A DNA stretch of 64,000 nucleotides. Source: Mobula birostris (Eukaryota). A program made the position numbers and the translations under genes. The notes under the pieces were generated by a model. The model ran no database searches. It saw only the letters and a list, made by a program, of their open reading frames with translations, and was not told the DNA's origin. Positions 48,871-61,591 of the stretch are shown in pieces; within the stretch, counting starts at the first letter, position 1; each line of letters starts with the position of its first letter. The stretch spans positions 30,920,752 through 30,984,751 of the forward strand of contig NC_092394.1 in NCBI RefSeq assembly GCF_030028105.1, in the 5' to 3' direction.

Positions 48871-49119
48871 ACATTCACTTAATGTATGGCTGATTTTGCT
48901 CCACCTCGATCTATATGCTTCCATATGATACCACGGTAGTGGGCCATACCTCAAATAACCAGTCAGAGTACAGAAAGGAGAGAATTTAGTGATGCGGTCT
49001 CATTGCAACAACCTTTTCTTCAAGGTCAACACAACATGAGAGCTTGTCATTAACTTCAGTAAGTGGGGCGAAACAATGCACCTGCTCTACTTACTGTACA
49101 GCAATATTACTGAGGTCAA

Positions 49120-51380
49120 GAGACCACAAGACCATAATACACTGGAGCAGAATTAAGCCATTCGGCCCATCGGGTCTTTCATGCCTGATTTATTATCCCT
49201 CACAATCCCATTCTTCTGCTTTCTCCTCATAACCTTTGACCTCATACTAATCAACAACCTATCAACCTCTATTTTAAATTTACCCAATGACATGGCCTCC
49301 ACAGCTGTCTGTGGAAGAGAATGCTACAGATTCACCACTCTCTGTCTAAAGAAATTTCTCTTCATCTCTGTTGTCAAGGGATGTCCTTCTATTCTGAGGT
49401 TGTGCCCTCTGGTCCTACACTGTAGGAAACATTCTCTCCACATCCACTCTATCTAGACCTTTCAACGTTCAACAGGTTTTATTGAGATCTCCCCCAGCTC
49501 ACAATCCCTCTAAACCCCAGCAGGTATAGACCCAGGGCCGTCAAACATTCCTCGTATGTTAACCCTTTCATCCCCAAGATCATTCCAGTGAACCTCTTTT
49601 GGGCCTTTCCCAATGCCAGCACGTTCATTCTTCGATAAGGGGTCCAAAATTGCTCAGAGTACTCCAAGTGTTGTCGGACCAATGTCTTATATAGCCTCAG
49701 CATTACATCCTTGTTTTTATATTCTACTCCTCTCGAAATGATTGCTACCATTGTATTTGCATTCCTTACCATCAACTCAGTCCTGCACACCCCAGATCCT
49801 TTGTACCTCTGATTTATGAATTTGCTCCCCATTTAGAAAATAGCCTTTACTTCTTCTACCAAAGTGCGTGACCATACACTTCTTTGCTCATTCTCCTAAT
49901 CTGTCCAAGTCCTTCTGGAGACTCCATGCTTTCTCAACATTGCCTGTCCCTCCTCCTATCTTTGTATCATCCTCAAAATTGGCCAGAAACCCACAAGCCA
50001 TTGACATATAATGTGAAAAGAGGTGGTCCCCACACCAACCCCAGCATAACACCACTAGTCACCAGCAGACAACCAAAAAAATCCTCCATCATTCCCACCC
50101 TTTGCCCCCACCAGTCAGCCAATCTTCTGCCTTCGCTAGTATCTTTCCTGTAATACCATAGGCCCTTATTAAGCAGCCTCATGTGTGGCAGCTTGTCAAA
50201 GTCCTTCTAAGAATCCAAGTAAACAACATACACTGACTCTCCTTTGTCTATCCTGTCTGTTATTTCCTCAAAGAACCTCAACAGGTTTGTCAGGCAATAT
50301 TTCTCCTTAAGGAAACCATGCTGACTTTGTCCCATTTTATCATGTGCCTGCAAGTACTCTGAAGCCTCATCCTCAAGAATGGACTCCAACATCTTCCCAA
50401 CCACTGGTTAGGCAAACTGACCTGCAGAACCATTTTAGAACCTAATGCAGTTGTCCCAAACCTTTTTTATGCCCTGGACCAATACTATCAAACAAGGATT
50501 CAGTGGACCCCATATTGGGAAAACCTTGAAAGATCTTATTTACAGTACCTTCAGACCTTTCAGCTTCGCAAGTGCCTTCTTGCTGGTAATAGCAACTACA
50601 CTTACTTCGGCCCCCTGACATTCTCAACTTCCTGCATAATGCTGTTGTCATTCAAACCACTTATTGAGTTTGTCTGCCATTTCTTTGTCCCCCATTACCA
50701 CCTCTCCAGTGTTATTTTCCAGTGGTCCGATATCCACTCTCGCTTCTACTCTTTATATATCTAAAAAATTTTAGGTATCCTCTTTTTTGTTATTAGCTAG
50801 CTTACCTTAACATTTCATCATTTCTCTCCTTGTGGCTTTTTTAATTGCTTTCTGTTGGTTTTTAAAAGCTTCCCACTCCTCTAGCTTCCCATTAATTTTT
50901 GTCCTATTATACATACTCTCTTCTGCTTTTATGCTGTTTTTCACTTCTCTTGTCATCCCCTCTTCAGAGTACTTCGTCTTTGAGATGTATCTATCCTGTG
51001 CCTTTCAAATTGCCCCCAGAAACTCCAGCCGTTCCTGTTCTGCCTTCATCCCTGCTAGTGTCCCCTTTCAATTAACGTTGGACAGCTCTTCTTTCTGGCC
51101 TTTGTAGTTACTATAGTACAGATACATCTAACTTTAGTTTTTCCCTCTCAAACTGAGAGTGAATTCTATGATATTATGATCACTATCTCCTCAGGTTTCC
51201 TTTACTTTAAACTCCTTAATTAAATCTGGTTAATTTGCCTTTTCCTTAGTGGGCTCAACTTCAAGCTGCTCTATAAAGCCATCTCAGAGGCATCCTACAA
51301 ATTCCTTCTCTTGGGATCTCGATTCTCCCAATCTGCCTGTATATTGAAATCCTCCATGACTATCATAACATTACCCTTTT
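49120..51380 (-). mobile_element. Decayed CR1 LINE
   Basis: VGKMLESIL..QHGFLK..CLTNLL..IDKGESV; IISRGVEYKNKDVMLRLYKTLVRQHLEY. Confidence 0.92.
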
Positions 51381-52124
51381 GAGGGTTGATAGCTTCAAGT
51401 TCCTAGGAGTGAACATCACCAATAGTCTCTCCTACACATAGATCAATGAGCAGGAAGAGAATTTTTTCTGTGACTGTATGCTTAGTGATTCTGGCTTAAT
51501 GGTTTCTTAGTTTAAAGGAAATGGATTGAGTAGCAGCTTGGAGAGAAGTGCATTTGTTATTGATGAAGCCCAGGCAATGGTGAGTTATAAGCATCACAGT
51601 GGTACAGTTCTTTGCTTGCTATTAGAAACTGCGCAGCAGATTTGGAATATCGAGATTAAGGCTTGGAAGCCTACAAGGCATACACCGGATGAGGGTCTAT
51701 AGAAATTCAAAGCATTAGCTCAAAGGTACCCAACCCCCAAACAAATCACGGACACCACACTGAGTTTAAGAAGTCTAATCAATGGTGGAAAAGGATAGCT
51801 GGCAAACCAGAACTCAGCAATGGTGATATAAATGTTTATTTCTTCTAGGTTTTATTTCTTCTAGAATATTTATTCTGGGCTTGTTACTGAACCTAACTGT
51901 GATGCGTTTGGCTTGGTAACAGAATTCATAAATGTTTTCACTTGAGTTAATGACCTTTCAGGAATTAACAATCATCTATTATACTCTCCTTAGCCACAGA
52001 AAAGTAAGATTAGAGAGAGATGCCAAAGAATTATATATTTCTTCAGAATAATAATCTGATTTTTTTTATCATTGATTGACTTATGAGACGTGAAGTCTGT
52101 TGTTTTAGTACCATGCAAAGATAA

Positions 52125-52781
52125 AAAAAATAAATTGGTAAATTGGCTTACCATTGTCATATGTACTGAGGTAGAGTGAAAAACTTGTTTTGCAGACTAT
52201 TTATATAGATCAATTACAGAAGTGCATTAACTATAATGGAATACAGAATACTGTAGCAGAGAAAGTGCAGTGCAGATTTCCAATAAGATGCAAGGTTGTA
52301 ACAAGCTAGATTGTGAGTTTTATTATACTAAGGAACCATTCAATAGCGTTATAAAAGCAGGACAGAAACCGTACCAGAATCTGCTGGTATGTGGTTTCGG
52401 GCCGTTATGTCTTCTGCCCAATGGGAGATGAGAGAAGAGAGAACGCCCGGAGTGGGAGGGGTCATTAATTGTGCTGGCTCCTTTATTAAATCAGTGAGAA
52501 GTACAGTCAGTCTATGGAGAAGAGACTGGTTTCCATGATGTGCTGAGCTGAGCCCAGAGCGCTTTACAGTTTGTTGTGGTCATGGGTAGAGTGGTTGCCA
52601 TACTAAGACATGATGCATCCAGATAAGATTGGTGACAGTCAAGAAGGACATTCCAAATTTCTTCAGCCTCCTCAGGAAGTAGAGGTACAAGTGAGCTTTC
52701 TTGGCCATGGCGTCAACGTGCTTGGACCAGGACAGGTTGCTGGTAATGCTGTCTCCTGGGAACTTGAAGCTCTCAACCCTC
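52125..52781 (-). mobile_element. Rex1/Babar-like LINE 3' fragment
   Basis: RVESFKFPG..LSWSKHVDAMAKKAHLYLYFLRRLKKFG. Confidence 0.88.
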
Positions 52782-53476
52782 TTTAGATACATAAAGTGTA
52801 AAAGAGAGGTGAGAGTGGATATCAGACCACTGGAAAACAATGCTGGGGAGAGAGTAATGGAGGGCAATGAAATGTTAGACAAACTGAAGTATTTTGCTTC
52901 AGTCTTCACTGTGGAAGACACTAGTAGTATGGAGGAAGTTCCAGGTGTCAGGGGGCATGAAGTGTGCAAAGTTACCATAACTAGAGAGAAAGTCCTTGGG
53001 AAACTGAATGTAGATAAGTCACCTGGACCAGATGGTGTACACCCCAGAGTTCTGAAAGAGGTGGCTGAAGAGATTATGGAGGCATTAGTAATGATCTTTC
53101 AAGAACACTAATTTCTGGAATGGTTCCAGAAGACTGGAAAACTGCAAATGTCACTTCACTCCAAGAAGGGAGAGAGACAGAAGAAAGGGAACTATAGCCA
53201 ATAAGTCTAACCTCAGTGGTTGGGAAGATGTTGGAGTTGATTATTAAAGATGAGGTCTCAGGTTACTTGGAAGCTGATGATAGAAGAGGCCACAATCAGC
53301 ATGGTCTCCTCAAGGGAAAATCTTTCCTGACAAATCTGTTGAAATTGTTTAAAGAAATAACAAGCAGGATAGACAAAGGAGATCAGTTGATGTTGTGTAC
53401 TTGGATTTTCAGAAGGCCTTTGACAAGTGGGCACACATGAGGCTGCTTAACAAGCTACAAGCCCATGACATTACAG

Positions 53477-54260
53477 CAGCGGTCCCCAACCACTGGGCCG
53501 CGGACCGGTACCGGGCTGCAAAGCATGTGCTACTGGGCCATGAGGAAACGATATGAGTCAGCTGCACCTTTCCTCATTCCCTGTCACGCACTGTTGAACT
53601 TGAAAATAGGGTTGCCAACTGTCCCGTATTTGCCGGGACATCCCGTATATTGGGCTAAATTGGTTTGTCCCATACGCGACCGCCCTTGTCCTGTATTTCC
53701 CCCGCTAATGTAGAGCGTTCCTATGAAAACTTTCGTGCTGAAATGGCGTGAAGTGAAGAAGCAATTACCATTAATTTATATGGGAAAAAATGTGAGCATT
53801 CCCAGACCCAAAAAATAACCTAACAAATCATACCAAATAACACATAAAACCGAAAATAAATAACATGAACCTATAGTAAAAGCAGGAATGATATGATAAA
53901 TACATAGCCTATATAAAGTAGAAATAATGTATGTACAGTATAGTCAGGAAGATGAAGGCAAAACTGATTTGTGGGGAAAAAAATCGGCACATTCGCGCAT
54001 GTGCACACAGGTGCCTGCGCAAGGCTTCATGGTCATGGTAGTCTTTCCTGGGGTAAAGTGTCCCAGGATTTGACTGCTACTTTTGTCCCTTATTTGGGAG
54101 TGAGAAAGTTGGCAACCCTAACTGTAAAAGACAAGTTGAAGTGAGTTTAACCCTACTTAAACACCACAACCGCACCCCCCCCCCCCCACCGTCAGCCGGT
54201 CCGCAAGAATATTGTCAATATTAAACCGGTCAGGGGTGCAAAAAAGGCTGGGGTCCCCTG
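53477..54260. mobile_element. hAT/Charlie-type MITE with 8-bp TSD
   Basis: CATTACAG|CAGCGGTCCCCAACC...GGCTGGGGTCCCCTG|CATTGCAG. Confidence 0.88.
53607..54120. mobile_element. Second TIR element (hAT-like) inside the MITE
   Basis: Perfect 14-bp TIR TAGGGTTGCCAACT/AGTTGGCAACCCTA; sub-terminal GTCCCG motifs. Confidence 0.85.
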
Positions 54261-55647
54261 CATTGCAGGACAGATTCTAGCATGGATAAAGCAGTGGCTG
54301 ATTGACAGGAGGCAAAGGGGGAAATAAAGGGAGCCTTTTCTGGCTGGCTGTCAGTGACTAGTGGTGGTCCACAGGAGTCTGTGTTGGGACCAATTCTTTT
54401 TATGTTATTTGTCGATGATCTGGATGATGGAATTGATAGCTTTGTTGCAAAGTTTGCAGACGATACAAAGATAGGCAGAAGGTAGATAGATTAAGGAAGC
54501 AGAGAGATTACAGATGGAATAAGACAGATTAGGAGAATGTGCAAAGGAATGGCAGATGAAATACAGTGCTGGGAAGTGTATGATCGTGCTCTTTGTTAGA
54601 AGAAATGAAAGGGTTCGCTATTTTCTAACTGGAGAGAAAATACAAAAAAATGAGGCATAAAGGGATTTACGAGTCCTTGTGCAGGATTTCCTAAGGGTTA
54701 ACTTTTAGGTTGAGTCTGTGGTGAAGAAGGCAAATGCAATGTTAGCATTCATTTCAAGAGGACTAGAATATAAAAGCAAGGATGTAATACCGAGACTCTA
54801 TAAAGCACTGGTGAGGCCTCACCTGGAGTACTGTGAGCAGTTCTGGGTCCCTGATCTTAGAAAGGATGTACTGAAACTGGAGAGGAGTCACAAAAATGAC
54901 TCTCGGATTGAATGGCTGGTCATATGAAGAGAGTTTGATGGCTCTGGAATTCAGAAGAATAGGGGATGACCTCATTGAAACCTATTGAATGGCGAAAGGC
55001 CTTGATAGAGTGGATGTGGAGAGGGTGTTTCTTGTGATGGGAGAGTCTAAGACCAGAGGACACAGCCTCAGAACAGAGGAGCGTCCTTTTAGAACGGAGA
55101 TGAGGAGGAACTGCTTTAGCCAGAGTGGTGAATCAGTGAAATTCGCAGCTACAGGCGGCTGTGGAGGCCAAGTCTGTGTGTATGTTTAAGGCAGAGGTTG
55201 ATAGATTCTTGACTGGTCAGGGCATAAAAGGATATGGGGAGAAGGCAGGAGACTGGGGCTAAGGAAAATTGGATCAACCATGATGAAATGGTAGAACAGA
55301 CCAATGGGCCAAATGACCTAATTTTGCTCCTGAATCTTATGGTCTTATGGTCTCTTAACCTCAGCACGGGTGTCGGGACAAATTTAAGGCATGATTGTCG
55401 TGACTAAATCTGTGGGCTTGATTTGCTGACAGTGAGATTTGTTTCTCATTAATTTTAAGAACTGTTTGCTAAAAGGCCTTTACTTTGTGTAGGGTATCAA
55501 TAGATCAAATTATCACACATCTTTACATTGGGTGGATCACAAACATTGATCCATTTTGGAAAGGCTTAAGAAAGAGCTTGAACTGTCACAATGGGCTGAA
55601 TGGGCCCCTCTCTGGTGCAGTGATGGAAGATTCCAAGCTTCTAATTC

Positions 55648-55772
55648 GGAGTCAGAATCAGGTTTAATATCACTGGTATATGTTGTGCAATTTATCGACT
55701 TTGCAGCAGCAGTACAATACAATACATAATAATAGAAAAAACATAAATTACAGTAAATATACACGTGTGTGA

Positions 55773-55806
<34 letters not shown>

Positions 55807-55978
55807 TTAAATTAAATTAGCGCAAACATGGAAATTAAAGAATAGTGAGGTAGTGTTCATGGGTTCAGTGTCCATTCTGAAATCAGATGGCAGAGGGGAA
55901 GAAGCTGTTCCTGAATTGTTGAGTGTGTGCCTTCAGGCTTCTGTCCCTCCTTCCTTTCTGAATGAGAACAAGGCATGA
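55648..55978 (-). mobile_element. Rex1-like 3' fragment containing (TA)n at ~55776-55803
   Basis: RSLKAHTQQFRNSFFPSAI and the family 3' UTR. Confidence 0.88.
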
Positions 55979-56924
55979 CCTCCCTCCTGAAAGGTCTTCT
56001 TTGGTCAACCCTCGGCACAATCCATGAATAGGATCAAGAACACTCCCGACGTGTTTAAAGGTACAAACCGATGTCATACTAGTCCCAATAAGAAACTGAA
56101 AGTGTGAGCTAAAATGCTTTGTGCCCTTTAAATCTGAGTAAGACGAAGTTAAATCTTGCGTGGCTATCAGCTGAAGAGACAAAAAGGCATTCTCTGGCAT
56201 AATTAGGGTCCTTTGGCATGTTTTGCAATGCTACTGATGCAGTGAGGCTTTAGTGACAACGTGTGGATGGCCACACTGCTGTAGCATTTTCCTTGGCATG
56301 AACCAAAGCACTTTGACTGCTGCAGGTGACAGTCTCGATCGCTTCTCGGTTTCCACGCTGTTGCATTCTTCAAGTGTGTCGTCAGCTCCCAGGTCCAAAC
56401 ACTTCTACTTTGTGCAGCGCTCTGATAAACAGTCTGACACATTTGCTTTCAATGAGGCTATTGTGTTGATGGTTGACAATGCAATAGAGAGCCACTTCAG
56501 AAAGGAGACCCACTTTGAAACTGGACTGCATTCAGTTTCCCAGCTCATAGCAGACAATCAGATGAAGGAGTTTCCTGGGTGGAGCTGGTGTTGATTACAC
56601 CATAAGGCACAATTTCATGAGCAACATTGCATGAAGAATCTTTCTCAGGTTGCTCGAGTTTTGAATCTACAGAAAATTTGAGTCCCAGTTTCTGTTCCAG
56701 CAGATCCTTTGAACCGAGAGATTTAACTCTGGTAATACTTGGTAAATGGACAACTGGCATTGTTTTATTTTATTGGCAGACCCATCCTTAAATGTCCTTG
56801 AAAAGATAAATAATTTCAGCATAAACTTCAGACAAGGTTTGGAGTTGCATATGGACCTGAACAGGTAAAAAAGCAGATTTCCTCTCTTGAGGGCATTAGT
56901 GATCCAAGTGGGTTTTTTTTACAG

Positions 56925-57265
56925 AATCACATTTATTATGGCTGACTTATATGAGGTGAAATTTGGTGTTTTACAGCAGCAGTACACTGCCATGATATAA
57001 AAAAAGACTATATACATAATTACTATAGATTATGAAAATAAAATTACTATAAATTGCTATAAAGAAAGAAAATTACAATAAATTACAAAAAATACAAAAA
57101 TAGTGCAAAATAGGAATAATGAGGTGGTGTTCTTGGTTTCATGGACTGTTCAGAAATCGGATGGTAGAGGGGAAGAAGATGTTTCTGAATTGTTGAGTGT
57201 GCATCTTCAGGCTCCTGTAACCCCCTCTCCAATGTAGTAATGAGAAGAGGGCATGTCCCAGATGA
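56925..57265 (-). mobile_element. Rex1-like 3' fragment
   Basis: Family 3' UTR and ORF2 end. Confidence 0.82.
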
Positions 57266-57509
57266 TGATTCTTTAGTCCTCAAAGTTTTTATACTAATTC
57301 AGTGGTTTTAAGTCATCATTACTAAAATTAGTTCTTTCTAAATAAAAATCCCAGATCATTAATTTAAATCCCAAGATTGTCATGGTGGGATTTCTAAGAG
57401 TATATGTGCTTTCCAGTATCTTTCTAAAATCCTTATACATTGTTAAACTCAGAAATAAAATCAGTATTCACTTGTGTTATCTTATTTGATATCTAATTTG
57501 AAAGCTAAC

Positions 57510-58576
57510 CCTTACAGCATGGATTATATAGGTCATAGAAATTTAATGACACAGTGGGAGGGTGTTGAGACCATAATATGACTGTATTGTTTAGAAACAG
57601 GTTCATATTGTCCTCTAACACTCGGTAATCTTCTGACTCTTCAAGTACCCACTCAAGTGCCGATTGTGAGATCAAAAGATCTGTAATGTCCTCCAAGAGG
57701 AAATATTCTCTCAGAAGAATGACCGACATACTGCCTGTTATACCACTGGCGGTTAGGGCAGCAATGAAGGTCCTCCATCCCTGGCTGTGTTCAGGGCTTC
57801 CTTCCTCACATCAGCAGCTTCCTCTCGATCCTCACTACCGTCAGTCATGCAAATCCTGGATGGAGACTCGGGAATACCGTCATACTCAGATGTAGAAGGT
57901 TTCTTCATTGCCTCTTCCGTAACCATTTCGTTTTACCAGTAAGGGCTGAACGTGGAAGAGCAGTGGACCACTCTGAGTCTGTCCTCTACCCTTTGACCTG
58001 CTTGGCGTGGGTGACTTACCAAGAGCCAAAACATAAAGTGCTGACTCCAGCTAACATAGCTCCCCGGGTCAAAACCACAACAAGGCTGTGGTCCTCCTGG
58101 AGAAAGAGGAATGAGATCCACTCACGAGAACTCCTGTGATATCCTCTGTCTGTACACTGACATTTTATAGTGAGCCATCAATTGGAGTCAACGACTGACA
58201 TAGGAGGGCGATATGTACCATCATGGCTCCTGATCATGTTTCGCAAATCTAGCACATTCTTTTTATTTTCAAATGTTTACTAAGTATTATATAAATCAAT
58301 ATTCAGCTAAATCAACGGAAGTGTTTTTCATGACAGACTTCAATAGGAACTAGCTTGCTGTGCAGTCCTCTGTGTTATTCAACCACATTTAGACTTAGAG
58401 GAAAGGCTTTCAAATTCGAAACAACACTACTCAGCTAATGAACAAAGAACCTTTCGATAATCCAGCCTCTGATTTTCCATTTGTCTTTCTTATTGTAGAT
58501 GAAACTTCTCAGCTCTTTAATTGATGAATAAAATGAGAAATTTATCTTGTGGTGTATTGAAACATTATTCTTTTTC
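57510..58576 (-). pseudogene. Candidate degraded exon, interrupted by an RTE-derived element
   Basis: Acceptor ATTTTTTTTGTAG before 58576 and donor AAGG|GTTAG at ~57510. With the insert removed, one stop-containing frame runs KINFSFYSSIKELRSFIY...QRISQEFS*VDLILLREYFLLEDITDLLISQSALEWVLEESEDYRVLED. Confidence 0.3.
57723..58104 (-). mobile_element. Bipartite RTE-derived non-autonomous element
   Basis: RTE 5'-UTR motif plus RTE-like 3' end; TSD AGAAGAATGA (57713-57722) / AGAGGAATGA (58105-58114). Confidence 0.72.
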
Positions 58577-59924
58577 CTACAAAAAAAATTGTGTTCCAAT
58601 TGGATTCTGTTGTAACACCACATTGCGTTAAAAACAGTTACAAAACCAGGTTTCCAAAATAATTTCCCATGGGGTCAATTTGCTTCAAATCTTGAATATA
58701 AACATCGGAAGTGTTATTACAGACATAGTGGACTAGAGATCCTATTCTGTGTGGAAACGTGAAGTGAAATGGTGCTGTCTGGGGAATGGAAGCTGGGCTC
58801 TCTGGGAGAATGATGGCACTGAGTCAATAAATTCAATGACTTATGAGCCTGTTGCATGCATGTGCACAGTAACTAGGTGTTAGGGGGCACACGCAACGCC
58901 GTACTTGCCAGACTGATGCCCTTTCGTGGTTGATCGTCTTTAGGCAGCAAAACTCAACTGGAACCGTTACTCAAGGAAGAACAGGGACCAAGGGTTGGTA
59001 CCTAGGGAGCAAAGCGCCAGGACAGGTGTGGGAGTGGGCACAAGGTCTTTCAGATCCCTGATTAAACATGGTGGCTGCTCCAGCAGAAAACCGGAACAGT
59101 CCAGGAGAAAATATTAAAAGCCTCTGAGAAGTTGATTACATTGTCTGTAATTCTCCTCATTCTCTTACACTGAGCATTTACCCGTGTGTGGCTGAAGGAT
59201 CTGACTAACTGCCATTAAAGTAATTCCCCCACATCTTTGTTCAAACAAGCGTGAAATGCAGGAGTTATGTTTCCAGAATCCCACATTTAGCAACATCAAC
59301 TGCAGTGCCAGAGCAAGCCTAATCCTTGTGTGTAAATGGATTTTGATGGGAGCTTGGCCTAGTGAGATTGACCATGATCATTGGAGGGATAAAGGTGGGA
59401 AATAACTAGAAGGTCCACTTGAAGTACCAAAGAAAGAGCAAAAAGAAGTTGGGATTTACTCTCTCGGGCTGACGTTGCCAACCTGAATGCTCTTGCAGTC
59501 TTCTGTCAGAGAGCATCAACATGAAGCCAGGTCTCACCTTCTTTAGTTGACCCTCAAATAGGTACCCAAGTTGGCACAGCTCAGATTCTTCTCACATCTC
59601 TGGCAACAATAGTCCTGAAGCTGCAGATCTAACATTCCCCTCTCCTCCTCCCACTATTGCAAAGCCCCTGAACTTTAAGAGTCGGAGGCTGACACCCAGC
59701 TCTGGACTTCAGATTTTATTGTCACTCTGTTGCACCCAAGTGACTGAGTATAACCATGTTGTGGCATTTAATGTGCTTCCACAATCCTTTCCTGTAGATT
59801 CAATAAATGGCAGATGAAGTGGCCCTGTATGCTTAAGAGGTTATTTCCTCTCTTGTGACAGAATGATCTGAAATGGAAGTAGCTCTTTTTAGCATTACGT
59901 ACTGCCAACTTCTGAACCCATTGA

Positions 59925-60835
59925 ACAACTTCACTTTATTGTCGCCAAACAAATGATACTAGAGCATACAATCATCACAGTGATATTTGATTCTGCGCTT
60001 CGCGCTTCCTGGATTACAAATCGATAGTAAATATTAAAAATTTAAATTATAAATCATAAATAGAAAATAGAAAAGGGAAAGTAAGGTAGTTCAAAAAAAA
60101 ACAAGAGGCAGGTCCTGATATTTGGAGGGTATGGCCCAGATCCAGGTCAGGATCCATTCAGCAGTCTTATCACAGTTGGAAAGAAGCTGTTCCCAAATCT
60201 GGCGGTATGAGCTTTCAAGCTCCTAAGCCTTCTCCCCAAGGGAAGAGGGACAAAAAGTGTGTTGGCTGGGTGGGTCGTGTCCTTGATTATCCTGGCAGCA
60301 CTGCTCTGACAGCATGAGGTGTAAGGTGAGTCCAAGGACTGAAGATTGGTTTGTGTGATGTGCTGCGCTGTGTTCACAATCTTCTGCAGCTTCTTCCAGT
60401 CTTGGACAGGACAACTTCCATACCAGGTTGTGATGCACCCTAGAAGAATGCTTTCTACGGTGCATCTATAAAAATTAGTGAGGGTTTTAGGGGACAGGAC
60501 AAATTTCTTTAGCTTTCTCAGGAAGTAAAGGTGCTGGTGGGCCTTCCTGGCAGTGGACTCTGCTTTGTTGGACCAAGTCAGGTCATTTGTGATATTGACC
60601 CCGAGGAATTTAAAGCTTTTGACCTGTTCCACTTGCGCACCACCAATGTAAGTTGGGTCGTGCGATCTGTTACTCCTTCTGAAGTCAACAATCAATTCCC
60701 TTGTCTTGCTGACGTTGAAGAATAGGTTATTGTCTTCGCACCATGCCACCAGGTTCTTAATTTCCTCTCTGTACTCAAACTCATCATTACCTGAGTTATG
60801 GCCTACAATTCTTGTGTCATCAGCAAAATTATATA
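59925..60835 (-). mobile_element. Rex1/Babar-like LINE, 5'-truncated, open C-terminal ORF2
   Basis: IYNFADDTRIVG..NVSKTRELIVDFR..FKFLG..LYFLRKLKKF..NSFFPTVIRLLN (60147..60962). Confidence 0.95.
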
Positions 60836-61004
60836 TTGAGACATATATAAACTTATATACGTCTAATAGAAAAATGATTAGCCATAAATTAGAACTGTGG
60901 CTTATGCAAGATTTGGAACATCCTAAAACACTTCTCAATTGTTGACTTACACTCTTCGTCAACTAATTTAAAGTCTAGGGAGATCTGATATGTGACAATA
61001 GATT

Positions 61005-61477
61005 CTTACAAATTCTATAGATGTACAGTGGAGAGATTGCTGACTGGTTGCACCTCAGCCTGGTGTAGAACTTTTAACACACACAATTGCAAGAGTAGAC
61101 TCGGGTAGTTATATCACAGATACAAACCTGCTCATCACTGAGGACATCTTCAAGAGGCGGTTCTTCCAGAAGGCAGCATCCATCACTAAAGGCTCTCACC
61201 ACCTGCAACATGCCCTCTTCTTGTGACTACCATCAGAAAGGAGGCACTGAAGCTTGAAGGCCCACACTCAAGTTTCAGGAACAGCTTCTTCCCCTCCATC
61301 ATCGGATTTCTGAATGGTCCATGACCCATGAATGTTAATTTGTGATTAATTCTTTTTTCAGCATTTATTAATTTTTGTAATGTACAGTAATTTTATGTCT
61401 TTACACTGTTCTGCTGCTGTAAAACAACAAATTTCACATCATGTAAGTCAGCCAATAATGAATCTGATTCTGATTCT
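61005..61477 (+). mobile_element. Rex1-like 3' fragment
   Basis: ORF2 end (AACAGCTTCTTCCCCTCC) and (TCTGAT)n tail. Confidence 0.85.
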
Positions 61478-61591
61478 GTCCTTTTCATAGAAGTCGACTT
61501 TCTGACACATTTTGCTGGCTACTAATGCAAATGGAAAGAAATCAGTGTAAGGTCTGTAAAATGTCCAGGCCTTGAACCAAGGAATACCAAG

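Larger units (their letters stand above)
52782..55352 (+). mobile_element. CR1 LINE (interrupted at 53477-54260)
   Basis: KSPGPDGVHPRVLKEVAEEI; KANAMLAFISRGLEYK..RPHLEYC; tail TTATGGTCTTATGGTCT. Confidence 0.94.

Noticed and set aside
60147-60962. 271-aa ORF as a host gene (ALKBH8-N/DUF1891-like motif)
   Set aside because: It is the C-terminus of Rex1/Babar ORF2, present in many copies here.
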